In this document: piece after piece, positions 1 to 15,000 of the stretch
Numbering within the stretch: position 1 is the first letter of the stretch
Layout of the letters: each line of letters starts with the position of its first letter
Assembly: GCF_022539665.2 (NCBI RefSeq)
Contig: NC_081331.1
Coordinates: 992,001 to 1,056,000, forward strand
Reading direction: 5' to 3'
Source: Daphnia carinata
Taxonomy: Eukaryota
Length of the DNA: 64,000 nt
The notes under the pieces: model-generated
The model's database searches: none
Told to the model about the DNA's origin: nothing
The model's input: only the letters and a program-made list of their open reading frames with translations
Program-made: the position numbers and the translations under genes

Positions 1-2086
1 AACATCGTGGTAAAATTTCGTCCACAATAAATATTAAACTAATTTTTGTTTACCGATTTGTACTTTGCTATAGGTGGCATTATTGGCCATAATGGTGTTT
101 TACGAGAAGAAGAACCAGGAGGAATTGGTCGAGGTGTTCGTCGTATTCCGCATCCAGCTCGTGGATCATCTGGCCCCAGAACACGAAGACCTAACATGCA
201 CTTTACGTAATTCAATATTATAATTAGCGTAGAATGTTCCCTTTTGTACCTGAAGCTTTTCTTTCTTTCGCATTTTTTTTCTTAGTTCTACAGGTTCTGT
301 TCTGACATCGTCGGGAAGTACGCCTGGATCTAATTCCAGTTCATCGAGAGAGCGTGATCGGGAACGCGAAAGAGAGGCCATGGATCCTATCGCTGAACTT
401 CTCTCTCAATTGAGTGGGGTTCGTAGAGGACTGAGTGGTGTCTCTGGGGCTTCCGGTCTTGGTAGTGTTCTTGGCTTGGGTGCCCTTGGATCGTTAGGCG
501 GAGCTCTGGGCTCACTAGGAGGTAAGAGGCCTGCTATAGGTTTGTCCCCATCATTTAAAAAAATATATCTTAATGATTTCGACCTCAGCTAATTTAAGTG
601 GTCCGTCGCCTGGCTCCTCCAGTTCTGGCTTGCCAACACCTTCCGGCAGAGGAAGACTATTGGGATTAGTTGGAAGAGACAATGCGGGTACGCATCACGC
701 AAATTCTAATTGCAACAGTTTTTAAAATTTTTTACTTTGAATAATTTTTTTATGTTATATTTTCTAATAACTTTTTTATTTACTATAACTATATCATGTA
801 TAATTAGCTTCATTATTATTTTCTTCATGATATAGGAGCGTTTAGTGAATTAGTCAGTAACGGAGCAAGTGGACAGTCCCAGCCGCAATTAGAGCGACAT
901 CAGGTACGAGTTCTTCCATTTTATTGGTAATGATGATGATTCACGGCTTGTTACCAGACTTGTTTTGATGGTAATAAATAGGCGCTGAGACTGCCACGGC
1001 GACAGGCACAAGTCATATCAGCACCGTCAACGTTCTCATCAACGAATGTTAATACCGGTGCGGCACCTAATGGTTCCGGTTCAGTTGCACCCACCAATAT
1101 TTCAGTTGGTAGCCGCGATTCAACAAGCAATTCCCATTTACTCTTATCAAGGTTTGTTTACTTTGCGATGCAACTTCCCGAGATACACATTAAATATCTG
1201 TTATTTTAGGTTGGGAAATGTACTAAAAGACGATAGGAAGGAGTCGAACAGTAAAACCTGTCAGGATCGAAGTCTCTTTATACAGGATCTAATCCTTTCC
1301 ACTCTTGCTGCTGGATTTGAATTGGACATTGACGGAGATCTGACCACTCCTTTGTCTAGTGTCGACCTATCTCGGGATGTTTTGCCTACTGATCCTCCTC
1401 CTAAGAATGACCTTACACCGACGAGGGGTACCACTTTTTTGGAATTCCACTTAAAGTAAGATTCTTATTAACGTTTTAATATCATTTAGCGAATCACGTT
1501 GGTGGGACACCTGTGACATTGACCACAAGCAGTACACTGGGCATAGTGGGAATCTCTGCCGCCGATACTATAATTGTGTCGCCCCCAACGTCAGTTACTA
1601 CTGCGTCCGCTTTCCCAGAAGGTTCATCCAACAGTCGACCTACCACCGTTATCAGTGGCTCCCCAGTGTCGACTAGACCCAAGCAAACGGTTCATCACAA
1701 CGAACCGAAAGGTAATAGATTTTTGATAAACAGAGTTCACAAAGGTATTCATAGTTTGTTTTTTTTATTAAACAGGTTCTGGTAATTCAACGTCATCCGT
1801 AACAGGGCGACGAGTAACTCATCACCAGGCGCCACCATCAAGTATGCGCGTTCCCAGTGCCTCCTCTTCTTCAAACTCATTGTCAACGTCTTCGCGACCG
1901 CCTGTTCACAGCTCGAGCGGCGGGATCGGAAGTGGGTCCGTTGGCTCCATGGTTAGATCAAGGAGTCATGGCACTAACGGAGCTAGTGGGACGTCGGGGG
2001 CTAGTACTGGAGCTCCCGGTGGATTGTTGAGAAAGCCAGCACGACCACAAACCAGTCATCCTCCCCCTCCCCCTTCTTCTCACTAA
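1..2086 (+). CDS. KCMF1: E3 ubiquitin ligase KCMF1 homolog, 3' portion (multi-exon; 5' end lies outside the window)
   Basis: Spliced translation gives GRGVRRIPHPARGSSGPRTRRPNMHF (exon 74-206), REAMDPIAELLSQLSGVRR (~370-430), QLERHQ (~885-903) and DRSLFIQDLILSTL (~1265-1305), all KCMF1 hallmark blocks. Short GT-AG introns; stop TAA at 2084-2086. Confidence 0.9.
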
Positions 2087-3789
2087 TGTATTCTTTTTTT
2101 TCCATATTTGCTTTGTCTTCGTCTGAGAATCGTGGGCGAGGGTAAAAACGGATGACCAAGAAAGTGTCTAAGAAGATGTCCGTCGCTCTATTTGGTTGGT
2201 AATCTTTATATCCTGTCTGCTACCCTTCGCACTCCTCTGGAAGTGCCTGACTGGAACAAACACAAACTGACGCAAGACTTCTACTGTGCGAATAGAGAAA
2301 AAATGGAGACAAAATTAAGCAAATAATTGAGGTTGAAAATGATAATTTGTTTGATCTTTTAAACTACCGAAAACAATTCTGTTTAGGGCCATTTTTCAGT
2401 GTGATGGCTGCCAAAATGTAAGAAATGCCCTATCTCTCCCTTCCAGTAACCTATGAAGGATTTTGATTGCAGCAGCCGTGTAGCATATATATATTCACAA
2501 ATAAGAAAGGAAAAAAAAAAAAAAGACAGCTTTCAAAAATTTTTCTTTTTCTCCTTTCATTTCTTTACTTTATTGATAAAGAAACCTCTTGATTTTTTAT
2601 GTTACTAATTTTACTGCGCTAAGCTGAATGTTGATTTGCTTTGTAGGTAACGCACTCTAAGTTTTGTATCTGGCTGTTTTCCCTTTTTTTTCTTTCAATT
2701 TTTTGCTCCCATTTCACTTATGCATATATATTATATTATTATAGGGAATTTTCCGGGCCTTAATTTCTTCTTTCACAACAAAGCTGCTGGCTAGTCGAAG
2801 TACAGAGATTGAAGGAGGCGAGAGACAGAGGAATGTTCTATGAACTGATATTTTGGAAAATGAAATGTTTGTTAATCACAGATACACACGCAAACACGTG
2901 CCCCAACTTAGCCGTCGGACGCTGGTCTTTTTCACCTGGCATTGTTTGTTCATTTATTTTATTATTTTTTTTGTATGATTCCCAGGATGACACGTCGGAC
3001 TGCCATCGATTCGAATCGACAATTGAGTTACTGAATTCTGATCGACCGATTCTTTTTCCTTTTGAATTCGTCTCCCTTTTTAAATTGTATATCGAGCAGA
3101 TCAGTGACATTAAATTATGAAAACTCCTTGTTTCCCAACGTCATCAAAACAGACTTTCTGTGTTGATCATTTCTCCATCCTTTAAGCCTTTTACTGAGTT
3201 TGTTCCCTGGCGACCGCCTCCCCATTTTTCTCCTTCCCTTCCTTTTTTATAGTGGAAATAATTTGTTTCATTGAATCGATTGTATTTGCAGTCCATGGCG
3301 CGCATAAATGTAATTTCTTTAAATAGTGGTCACATGATGGATTGCCTATAACAATAAATTCATTAATCTAACACTTAATGGTTTTACAGTTATCGAAGTG
3401 CAAGGTGTGGGGCCAGCCACACAACAAACGAAATCAAAGGAATGTTAGCGCTCCCACTTTTTTTCATCCGTTTTGAAGATTCTAGAAAAATGTAGCAACC
3501 TAACAATAAAACAAACTCGATTTTCGTAATTTCCGTGGAATTATTAATCAAAATCATGTTCGAAATCATATTTAATACTGTATCTAGAATTTTTACAAAA
3601 AATCCATATGATCAAAATCAGGAAACAGATAGACAATGAAATCATCGGTGGATGGTATGAGCCATATGGCAGAGTTTCAGTTAGTTTGTTCAGTTTCTTT
3701 ATTTCTTACCCTCCTACTCTTCCTTAGCATTTTTCTTTCTTCAGCTTTTATGACGGACACGAAAATCAATAAGTGCTAACTTTTCTTTT

Positions 3790-5420
3790 ATTTAAAAAAT
3801 GGCTATTTTAACGAGAAAACCAATAACTTAATTGAACTCAGCGTTCAATTCTAATTATGCCGTGTGATTTTTGTCGAATTCCAAGACATGTCGTTTTTGG
3901 CCGATTTTGATAAAAGTGGTAAGGCTATAGCCTTTGCACTTTTTCATTTTTGGCAAAATTTTAAATTTCGCTTAAAATACATGTTTTCGATTCAGAATTG
4001 AATGCATAACACGGAAATCAATTTTTTTTCCAATTGGCCTTAGGATTTTTTAATTAAACGTAAAAAACGAAAAAATAAGAAAAGTCGGGCTTATTTAGTC
4101 GGGCTTAAAATTTTTTCTGCAAAAACTGATACTCATCAGAATTGGTTGAATATTACAGGATGTACTCAAAATTGAATGCTGATTCCGGAAAAATTGCTAT
4201 TTTTTAAAATTAAGTCAATCGCTTTTGAAATGCATCGAATATTTGAAACAACGCTAGCGCGCCAGTACGCAAAAGCGCTAGCGCGATGTAGCACAAATTT
4301 TCGGTGTATTTCAAAAACGGTTGCTTTAAGGAGGAAGCCAATAGCGGATTCAAATCAGCGTTCAATTTTCTTTATACTGTGTAAGTTTCATTGAATTCCA
4401 AGGGATTGTCGTTTTTGGCCGATTTTGACGAAAGTGAGAAGGCTATAGCCTTCTCACTTTTTCATTTTTGGCCAAAACATAAATTTGATTTAAAATACAT
4501 GATTCCGATTCAAAATTGAACGAGAATCACAAAAATGAAGCTGATTTTTACGTTGGACTCATAGCTTTGTTAATAAAGGGAAAAAACGGATGAGAAATGC
4601 TTGCGCGCCAGCAGCGCGTCGTGTGTACTTGCGAGCTAGCGTTGTGTTAAATATTCGTTGTATTTAAAAAACGATTGATTTGACGTAAAAACCAATCACT
4701 TTATCGTAATCAACGTTTAATTTTGCTTGTTCTGTGTGATTTTTATCGGATTCTAAGAGTTTTTATTTTTAGCCGATTTTGACAAAAGTGGGAAGGCTAT
4801 AGCCTTCTCACTTTTGGCCAAAATATAAATTTGATTTAAAATACATGATTCCGATTCAAAATTGAATGAGAATCACAAAAATAAAGTTTATTTTTGCGTT
4901 GGGCTTATAGTTTTTTTAGTAGGCGGAAGAAACGGGTGATAAATGCTAGCGCGCCAGCAGCGCGTTAATCCCATTTATTACAAAAACGGCTGGTTTGACG
5001 AGAAAATAAATATTTTTCCTGAAATCAGCGTTTTATTTGAGGTTAATTTAAACTAAATTTAATTCCAAAATTATAGACTGAATTTCTGCCATACTCAAAA
5101 TTAAGCCCGACAAAATAAGCCCGACAAAATAAGCCCGACTTTTTGATCCATTAAATTTTTTTTCGAAACATCTAGATATAGCAAAAAAAAATCCTAACTT
5201 TGATACAAAATTAAACGAAAATCACAAGTGTGTCGTTTGTTTTTTCCTAGGGCTTATAGTTATTGAATAAATCGTAAAAAACAACAAATCCAAATATGTG
5301 CGCAACCAGCATTTTCTTTCTGTTCATTGAAAAAACTGTTGGTTTGACGAGAAACAAACCACTTTATCGAAATCAGCGTTTAATTTTGAGTGTTCTGTAA
5401 GATTTTTATCGGATTCTTCG
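3790..5420. repeat. Degenerate ~350-360 bp tandem/inverted repeat array with palindromic cores; possibly a non-autonomous foldback/MITE-like element or satellite
   Basis: GGCTATAGCC core at 3923, 4441 and 4795, each within a near-identical GCCGATTTTGA..AAAGTG..CACTTT..AAAATACATG context. 4431-4460 is a perfect 30-bp palindrome. ~4147-4258 is an inverted copy of ~4635-4745. GTCGGGCTTA subrepeats at 4081-4108 are mirrored by TAAGCCCGAC subrepeats at 5101-5143. Confidence 0.8.
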
Positions 5421-5873
5421 AACATAGCTTGCTAAACACGACTTTGACTTCAAGCGATTTTTGCGCAACTATTTTGAAATTACATGAAGTTCATTGCAAA
5501 CTCATAGACATTCAACTTCGTTAAATTTTGAATCATTTACTTTCATAGCAATAGATCCCTTGGAAAAATGCTCAATTTGATTAAATATTTTATAACTAAA
5601 TTTGCATGCAGTTTTTTAAAATATAAATTGTCCTGTTAAACAGTAGCGTGAATACTTGGCAATCGTCGTAAAACAACTAGGTTTCTTCAAAATCAATTCG
5701 TACACGTTGGGTGTTTTATTTATTTTTTTTTTTTTTTACATCCGTCTCGAGAATCATCACATACTGATTGCAATGACGACTAGCACGTTAAACAAAACGC
5801 TTCGTAAAAGGTAAGTTCAAATCCATAATACAATTCCGTGAAGAAAGATGGGCGCAGGCTGAGTTTCAGTAAG

Positions 5874-8800
5874 TTAGAAGACCGGGATTCTATCGCGAGG
5901 TGTATAGGCCAGGTCATCATCCAAGGTAAGAAGGGTCTTGAAAAGAAAAACATTATGCAATACGTTTTCAGAGGAATTCATGGCTTATGTTATATCTAAA
6001 TCTGATTGTTACCATAAAAGAGAAAAACAGACTGGCTGCAGATAGGAAATGCCAAATGTCATGGAAATCGTAGAAACTAAGAATCGCACATTCCTGATTG
6101 AAAACTCGCGATTCAGCAGCACGTTTCTGGGGATGCAAAACAATCAGTGAAATGAGATCAATTAGTTCAAGAGGAACCAACCATTTAAAACGCTGATATT
6201 ACCCTCCATGTAATGGCCTTATTGATGAAAAAATACATTGCGGCACCCCACGAAAGTGAAGCCAAGCAAATGTAAAATACCGCCTGACCCAGAATTTTCT
6301 CACCATGACGCAATTTCATGATAATGTAGAATGAGGTGTACAACATCAGATTGGTGATGAAAATCGCTAACATGTACGAGGCGAAATCCGGTGGACGTTC
6401 CATCAATCCATAAACCGCCAACCCCACGTTAGTTAAATTTCCTATAACCAATAGGAACATGCGATCGACGTACATTGGTCGAAACCACTACAATCGAAAA
6501 TGAAATGAGTTGAGCTTGAAACGATAATTCAAATTCAATAAAAACTATTTACATTCGATGGCCCTGCTTGGAAATCGTTCCAAAAGACCACGTAAATTCG
6601 TTTGAAAACACCAAAGTCTGTGAAAGAAATTAAAAGATTATAGAAAAACTGAAGATTCGTAACCTTAGAGACCCGTTTACATACTTAATTTCCATCTTCC
6701 CATATAATATACTTGCGCAGATAAGGCTATGCAAGCCAGTAGATGAAGTGCAGAGAATACAATTCGGAATGCCAAATTGTCTTCGAATACTGAGATGACA
6801 CCAATCAGAACAACAAAAGCCAAAACAGCAAAAGCCGCATGTGCCTCGGCATTGATATCTGGATGACGAGTTTGGTAAATTTTCAACATGCAAAGCATGC
6901 TTATCACATACATGAAAGTGGTATCTACAGAAAAAAAGTAATAATAAAATTAACATTTGCCTGAGGTATAGCATTAGGAACATGGGCGGGGAGTATTACC
7001 AAACTGATAGTTGGCATGCGTCGGACAGATGTGGTAACAGGCACTTAGTACGCCTTCGACCTTTTTAAAATGTAATATCAGGTAAAAGTTGAAAGGAAAT
7101 TATCACACATGTCTGTTGGAATATGACATTGTTGCCACTAAATTTGATAAAGGCAAGGAAATCAATACCATTAATGCTGTTCCCATGGCATAGAAAAGGC
7201 CGTAATGTTGAGGGATCCCATAAAACTGTGGGATAAAACACGGTACAATATGAAGGCTTGTTTAATACTCATAAACAATATTCACCTTTTCTAACCGATC
7301 GTGATTTGCTTGTGCTTGCCGCCTGAGAACATCTCGGCGAGCGGTGTTAATGATGAAAAGAAGCCCTAGTAGGACGTAGCCAAGATTTGAGTAGACATGG
7401 TTAAAATCCGTCAAATCTCCCAAAGGATGGGCGCAGAGGAAGTTAAAGTAGCACAGGTCTTGATCACCCGTATCGTTTAAGACCTGGATTTTTCAAAAAT
7501 GGTAAATGGAATGGATGGAGCGGTAATCTTATAAAATGGTAGTACTTTTTGGTAAATGATGACCAGTTGCAAGACTGGCAGAGCATAAAATATCGCCACC
7601 TGTTCAAATATATGAAAAATATCTAAAATGAAAAAAGTCATTTTTATACCATTGAAATTATGGAAACCCACGATCAGCAAGTTCCACATGTAGAGTTGAG
7701 ATTTTTTGCCGTGGAATCGAGACCCTTTGTGAGATAGGTCAGCGACGAACAGAAAGGTTTTGGTCCGTACAACATTTTTGTCACTGTACGCATCAGGCAT
7801 AAGATCAATGTCGGTAATGTCTAGTGACGAAGAAGAGCGTGAAAGATTTTCTGACTCCAAATCTCTTACAACAGGAGCCTGACCGATGATCGCTATGAGA
7901 CAAAACAGTTGAAATTGATAAAAATACAGAAACCAACTCGAATTTTAATCTGGAAATCCGAAATACTTACGCGTAGAAATGGACCCATAACGGGAAGGCC
8001 TATTTCGTGCTTCAAGTAAACTTGGTTCTAACACATCGGGGATAGTGCTAAAACAATAGAGCATAAAAAAGTATAAAGGATTACCATAACCAATAACATA
8101 ACCACCAAAATGAATTACTTTCTGCACGTGAAGCAAAAGGCAACAAAGGCCCCAACATAGAAGAGAGCAAATATCCCCAAAACTCCTATAACGGCAGCCA
8201 TAAAATCAATGTAGCTAACCTGGCATCCAACGGAGAATGAGCGAAAAGTGTTCTGAACATTATTGGAAAATAGTTTTACCTTTTCATGAATGACAAAATG
8301 AACAGTTTTCTGTCTCAATGGCGGTGGGTTGTTTCGTTTACCAGTACATTCATAATCATCAGCTTTGACGACAAAGACAAAGAAAAAGCCAAACGGAAAT
8401 CTTTCGCGCTGAGTACAATATGAACGTTAGATTTTCTTTATCACATTTAAACTTGGTTGTCGTAGATCCGTCTTTAAAACATCACTTACACTTATGGTCA
8501 TTCCGGTTTTGTTCATCAGTGTTTGCCAAATTCCATCATATTTTAGATCATGATCCATGTCGAACACGGGGCACTACATTTTAAAATACGATATGTTTGC
8601 AATTTAGCTAGAATATTAGATCAATGCGCGAGAAACCTTTAATACCGTTAAGTTTTGGACCGAGACTGACATACAATAGTCATCATCTGAAGTAACCGTA
8701 AGTAGTACATTCGTAACACCTTCAGGAAATAGGAATTGGTAATACTTCGGCTCAGAGGCCGTCAACGCAACTGTGTGATTTTCGTCCAGCCTGAAAAAGA

Positions 8801-9663
8801 AAATAATTTGAGAAGAGTTGTCATGAGTGTAGGCCACCACCATTTTCTTAAAGAACAAAGGGCCTACTCGACAACGAAGTCTGCGATAGGAGAAACAGAG
8901 GCAACAAAGCTCAAGTTTTTGGGATCTGACGTGGATACTCCGAGGAAAAATTCGTGTTCCACGCTTTCGTTACGTTTTAACGGCTCCGTGCAGAGTTGAC
9001 GGCTCACACTGCTGTACTCTTGCCTAAGGGAAGATATTGTTACTGCTGGAATAAATTCAGAGTATTATCATATTGTATATGATATACCATCCACTTGCAG
9101 TTTCAAGCAAAAGTGGGAGTTGCCACGACAGAACTGCTTTTTGTTGCCTAACGACTACAAGAATAGGGTTTTCTCTGAAAGCAGTTTGGCTAGTAACTTG
9201 AACTGATAAGGCTTGGTTTTCCAAAAGCTAAAAGTGTGTGTCAATGAGAATTATTTATTTATATAAGGTTATTTTTGATAAAACATTTTTCATACATACA
9301 TCTTGTTTGTAGGAATACTGGAAAATGTATTCCAATGTGGAGTTGACAGCAAAACTGTATTTTTGGTTGAGTTTTGCATCTATGACCCTGGTATGAACCT
9401 TCTGCTGATACCTTGAAACTGAGTTTGTATCATAACTCAAGTCTTTTCTGACAGCAGAATGACTATTTCCTGGTTTGGAATAAAAGCAGTTTACGACGTG
9501 ATGTATTTCTATTACGAATAAATATTTTAGGAAGTAACCTACGTTTGAAGGCGTATCTCGCCCTGGCAAGACTGTCGATTTGAACTGCAGCAAAGTAAGT
9601 GCCCAACAAAGCGGCAACCAAAGCTGTTATCGACAACAATTTTATTTTTGTGGCGGTGTTCAT
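5874..9663 (-). CDS. SIDT: SID-1 transmembrane family member (SIDT-like), multi-exon
   Basis: N-terminal hydrophobic signal-like segment (MNTATKIKLLSITALVAALLGTYF). SID1-family motifs: CPVFD, GDQDLCYFNFLCAHP, FNHVYSNLGY, GIPQHYGLFYAMG, EGVLSACYHICPTHANYQF, DFHDIWHFLSA, and C-terminal TLDDDLAYTPRDRIPVF*. ATG at 9663-9661, stop at 5876-5874. Confidence 0.95.
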
Positions 9664-9744
9664 GCTAATTCTTTAAAACATCGAGCAGTACTCGATGAAT
9701 GACATGGACCACAAATGAATCATACTAGTTAAAACGTCCGATAA

Positions 9745-9790
9745 GACTGACGTTTTGGACATGAAAAATACCTAGAAACTGCAGACTGCA
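9745..9790 (-). promoter_or_regulatory. Candidate core promoter of the SIDT gene (Inr TCAGTC)
   Basis: Minus-strand TCAGTC at 9750-9745 matches the arthropod initiator consensus, ~80 nt upstream of the ATG. A GTCTGC motif at 9781-9786 recurs upstream of other genes in the window. Confidence 0.4.
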
Positions 9791-9938
9791 AAACTCTGGA
9801 ACTGTTTCCGAAAATAACGGCATCTAGCGGTGAAAGTGCTCAATGATCTTTAAAAAAGAAGGAATTTCCGAACAGAATTTGTTGTGTATTGGTGTGTATA
9901 CTTGAGAACAAAAAAAAAAAAAGACAAGCAAAACGAAC

Positions 9939-11528
<1,590 letters not shown>

Positions 11529-12093
11529 GATGATGACAAGATGTTTCTGCAGCGCCTTACAGAAACAGAAAAAAGCCGAATAACTACCACTACTGCATTG
11601 CCAGATCGAGTTAAAAACATTACGCAGCTTACTCGAATTCAGCTTCAAGCGGCCAGAGCGCGCCAGCCGGCCAATGGCCCCATATGAGCTTATTTGAAAT
11701 AAGGGCACAATTGGCTTAAGAATTTTTACCCTGTTTGAGATTGTAATAATATATCGTTTCTAAAGCTATTCGTGTGAATAACGTTCGAAATAATTGCAAT
11801 TTTGTATTCCAACTCACAAAAATGGGAAAAAATTAAAAATAACGTTATGTTTATTTTATATATATGAAGTTCTTTTTTAATGTATTTTTTGGTTCGAAAA
11901 TCACGTCTAGAATTTTTTTTTAAATTTGTCAAATCAATTCCGAAAACTAGAACACTATCAAATCGTCAATCTTATTTATACATAGTACGTAAGGCGAAAT
12001 AATTCTTGATTACATAAGGCGACATAAATTATTGTAATATAACTCTTCATTTGTCTTGCAATCTTATTTGGTCACTCGGTAAGTTTTTAGGCA

Positions 12094-15000
12094 TTATAGT
12101 AAGACCCAGTCTTCATCTAGATGTAGGACTTCATAGCGTTGTCCTTCGTCGCTTTTCAAAGGGGATGATGTCAATAATTGGTAAACCTCCCCGTTGGAGT
12201 CTAAAACCCATAATTTGTCATCGATAGTCACTAAAATTGAAAATAATCGATATTATCGATCCCTGAATACGTCAGATAAATGACTACCTACCAGAAATGT
12301 ATCTGAATGAGCCGGGTATCATATACCATTTGTTTCCAGAGTGATTTTGCTGTGTAATACCACTTCGGCGAAAAATAGAACCGTTGTTCGTCAATGCCCA
12401 GATGGCGTTCCCACTATATTGGAATACAGTTTAAAAAGGAAAAAAAATTTATACACATTATAAAAAATTAATTATTTGTAAAACTAGTCGAATATAGTTT
12501 GTAACAAGAGATGTTTCACTACACATAAAGTTACCTGACAGCGAGCTGAGTAGCCTCGACACCTTCGACAAGGTTCCATCCCGTGCCGATGGGTAGCTGG
12601 CGTGTTACACCTTCTCTGACGTAGACGCAGCCATTGTTGTCCAAAGCCCACACGGCCAGATTGGAAGAAACATGGATCTACAAAGCGACTATCAGCAAGC
12701 GATTTCTTTTTTAAATTTAAAGCTCTATCTACTACCTCTTTAAAAGATATATCAAGTTCATCAACAGCAATCCAAGCAGGTGCCAGAAGAGTGGGAGGTC
12801 CATTATCACCAGATCGAAAATAGATTTGGCCGTGTTGATCACATGCCCAAGCTAACTCAGGGCCTAACGACACATAGCGTAGTCTGCTGCTCGATTGGAA
12901 TTGCGCGGTGGATAAATTGACCCAGCCGCTGCCAATGGGATTAGAATTTTTCACGCGAACGAATATTTCTCCGTCAGTGGTCAAAAGCCAAAGTTGATTG
13001 CCTATAACGGAAAGGTGGAGGATGGGGCTATCTGTTGGTAGAGACACTTGTTCTAATTGTTCATCGCCGTAAAAGCAATACAACCGTTGCTTATCATCGA
13101 CAAGCCAAACGACGCCCACTTTATCTTCATGGTTGAATCCGTTTGCGCTTATTTTATGCCACGACTGAACATCGTTGTAATGAAGTCCATTGGCCCAGTT
13201 AACTTTTTCCCAAGAATATCCTATTCCAGGAAGAATGTCATATATATCGAAGTTAGGAAAAATAAAAGATGAAGAACAAAAAAATTTCGTTTTTGTTTTT
13301 ACCTATTAAATTTTGAGCTGTCATCAAGAGAGAAGATCCAAGAAGTGCCAAGCAAATACGTGAATTGGTCACGGCCATTTCAAAGCGAGAGCTTTGACGT
13401 TTGAAAATGGACGAAACGTTGAGCCAATTGGCACTTTTAAGCTGCCATTCAGGTGGTAACACGGAAGACACCTGCCACCATCGCTTGTCATGTGCAGTTC
13501 TGAAGAACATTTGCTCTGACTGATTGAGAGCCCATAAATAACGGGCGGGACTTAGCGCCATGGTTAATAGTTCTCCAGGAGTATCTTGGCGTTGCCAACC
13601 GACTCCCATAGGTGATTTATTGTTAATCCTTGATCGACAGTATAGAGCTCCGTTGGTCAAGAGGACGAAAACAAGGTCGCTGTGACAACGAAGCTGCGAA
13701 ACGGTTCCCGGTACGTCAACTAGAACCATTTTTTTTGGAGACTTGACGGATCGATAACTAACGGATCCATTAGTATGTAGCATCCAAATATAATCATCCA
13801 CGGTGTCCGGGGAAACCTACAAGACAAATTAATGAGCTTTTTAAGTGTTTAAATATATTCGTAAAATGTAAACATTTACCAACTGAACTATGCCAATGGA
13901 TGAAATGTAGCTGTCTAATGTGTTCCAGTGCTGTGCAACTGGACAGTGTGGATTGACAATCAGGCCTTGGTAGGCGGTTCCTTTATAAAGTCTCCAAAGC
14001 TGCTGGCCACAACTAGAAACAGCAATTTGGCTAGCGGGCGTTTCAATGGGTAACCAATCCCTAGCCTGAAAGGAGGACTCTGTTGACTGATAATAAACGT
14101 ATTTGTGGCCGTAGATGATGACGACATAGTGCTGACTTGCCGATACACTTGTCACCTTTTGCTTAGCATCTATTGGACAAATAATCCATTCTGACAATTC
14201 CTCCTGTAAGGGGAAAAAATGTTAAATTACACGTTTTTGTATCAACAATAACGGTCTTTCTTACTACTGAAATATTTTCATAATCTCCACTCGAAACAGC
14301 CAGGTGACTGGGGGTTGATTCTGTGGTAGTAATTATTGAATGCGGGTTGCTCTTGTCGTGTGGATCTTCATTTGCGTAAATACTACACACTGTATCTTTT
14401 GAATTGTCCTCAAGTTCTTCATTAATGGAGGAGGTATCCTCTGAAACAGGGACTGCGTTTTCCATTTCAGAACCAGCAGGATGATCCATTTGTTCAGTCT
14501 CCACAACTGGTTCTTCATCAACTTGAGTTGGTTCGTTTGGACTGTTAATCACCTGATCCAAATGTAACAGCTGAGCAAGAAGTTGATCTTTCCTCTTCAG
14601 TTCTTCAAGAAAATCATCTTTGACAGCAGGAGGAGAGGATGCATTCTCCAACCAAGTCTCCACTCCGTTCACAGGTGTAGTTTCACATGGTTCTACGAAA
14701 GGCACCACATCATCTTGAGCATAAAATTTGCGGTTAAGTTTCAATTTTCGCTTCCGACCGATGTACGACCCATAGACCAATTGTTCTTCCTCTGGACAAA
14801 TAGATCCTTCCATCGGCGAGGCTTGGCCAGACGATCCGTTTGAAAGTGGAGAATCAAAATGATTCGATTCTGAACGATTCATTCCTTCCGTTTGTGACAT
14901 GGGTGAGGATCGTTCTACCGATGAAGTTGGACTCGGAGTTCGCGTACGATTTAAGAAATGTGGTTGGATCGGTTTAGGTGGTGGACATCTGCTGATTGGT

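Noticed and set aside
4081..5143. Repeat array as a CRISPR array
   Set aside because: Eukaryotic context, no unique spacers between identical repeats, and no cas genes.
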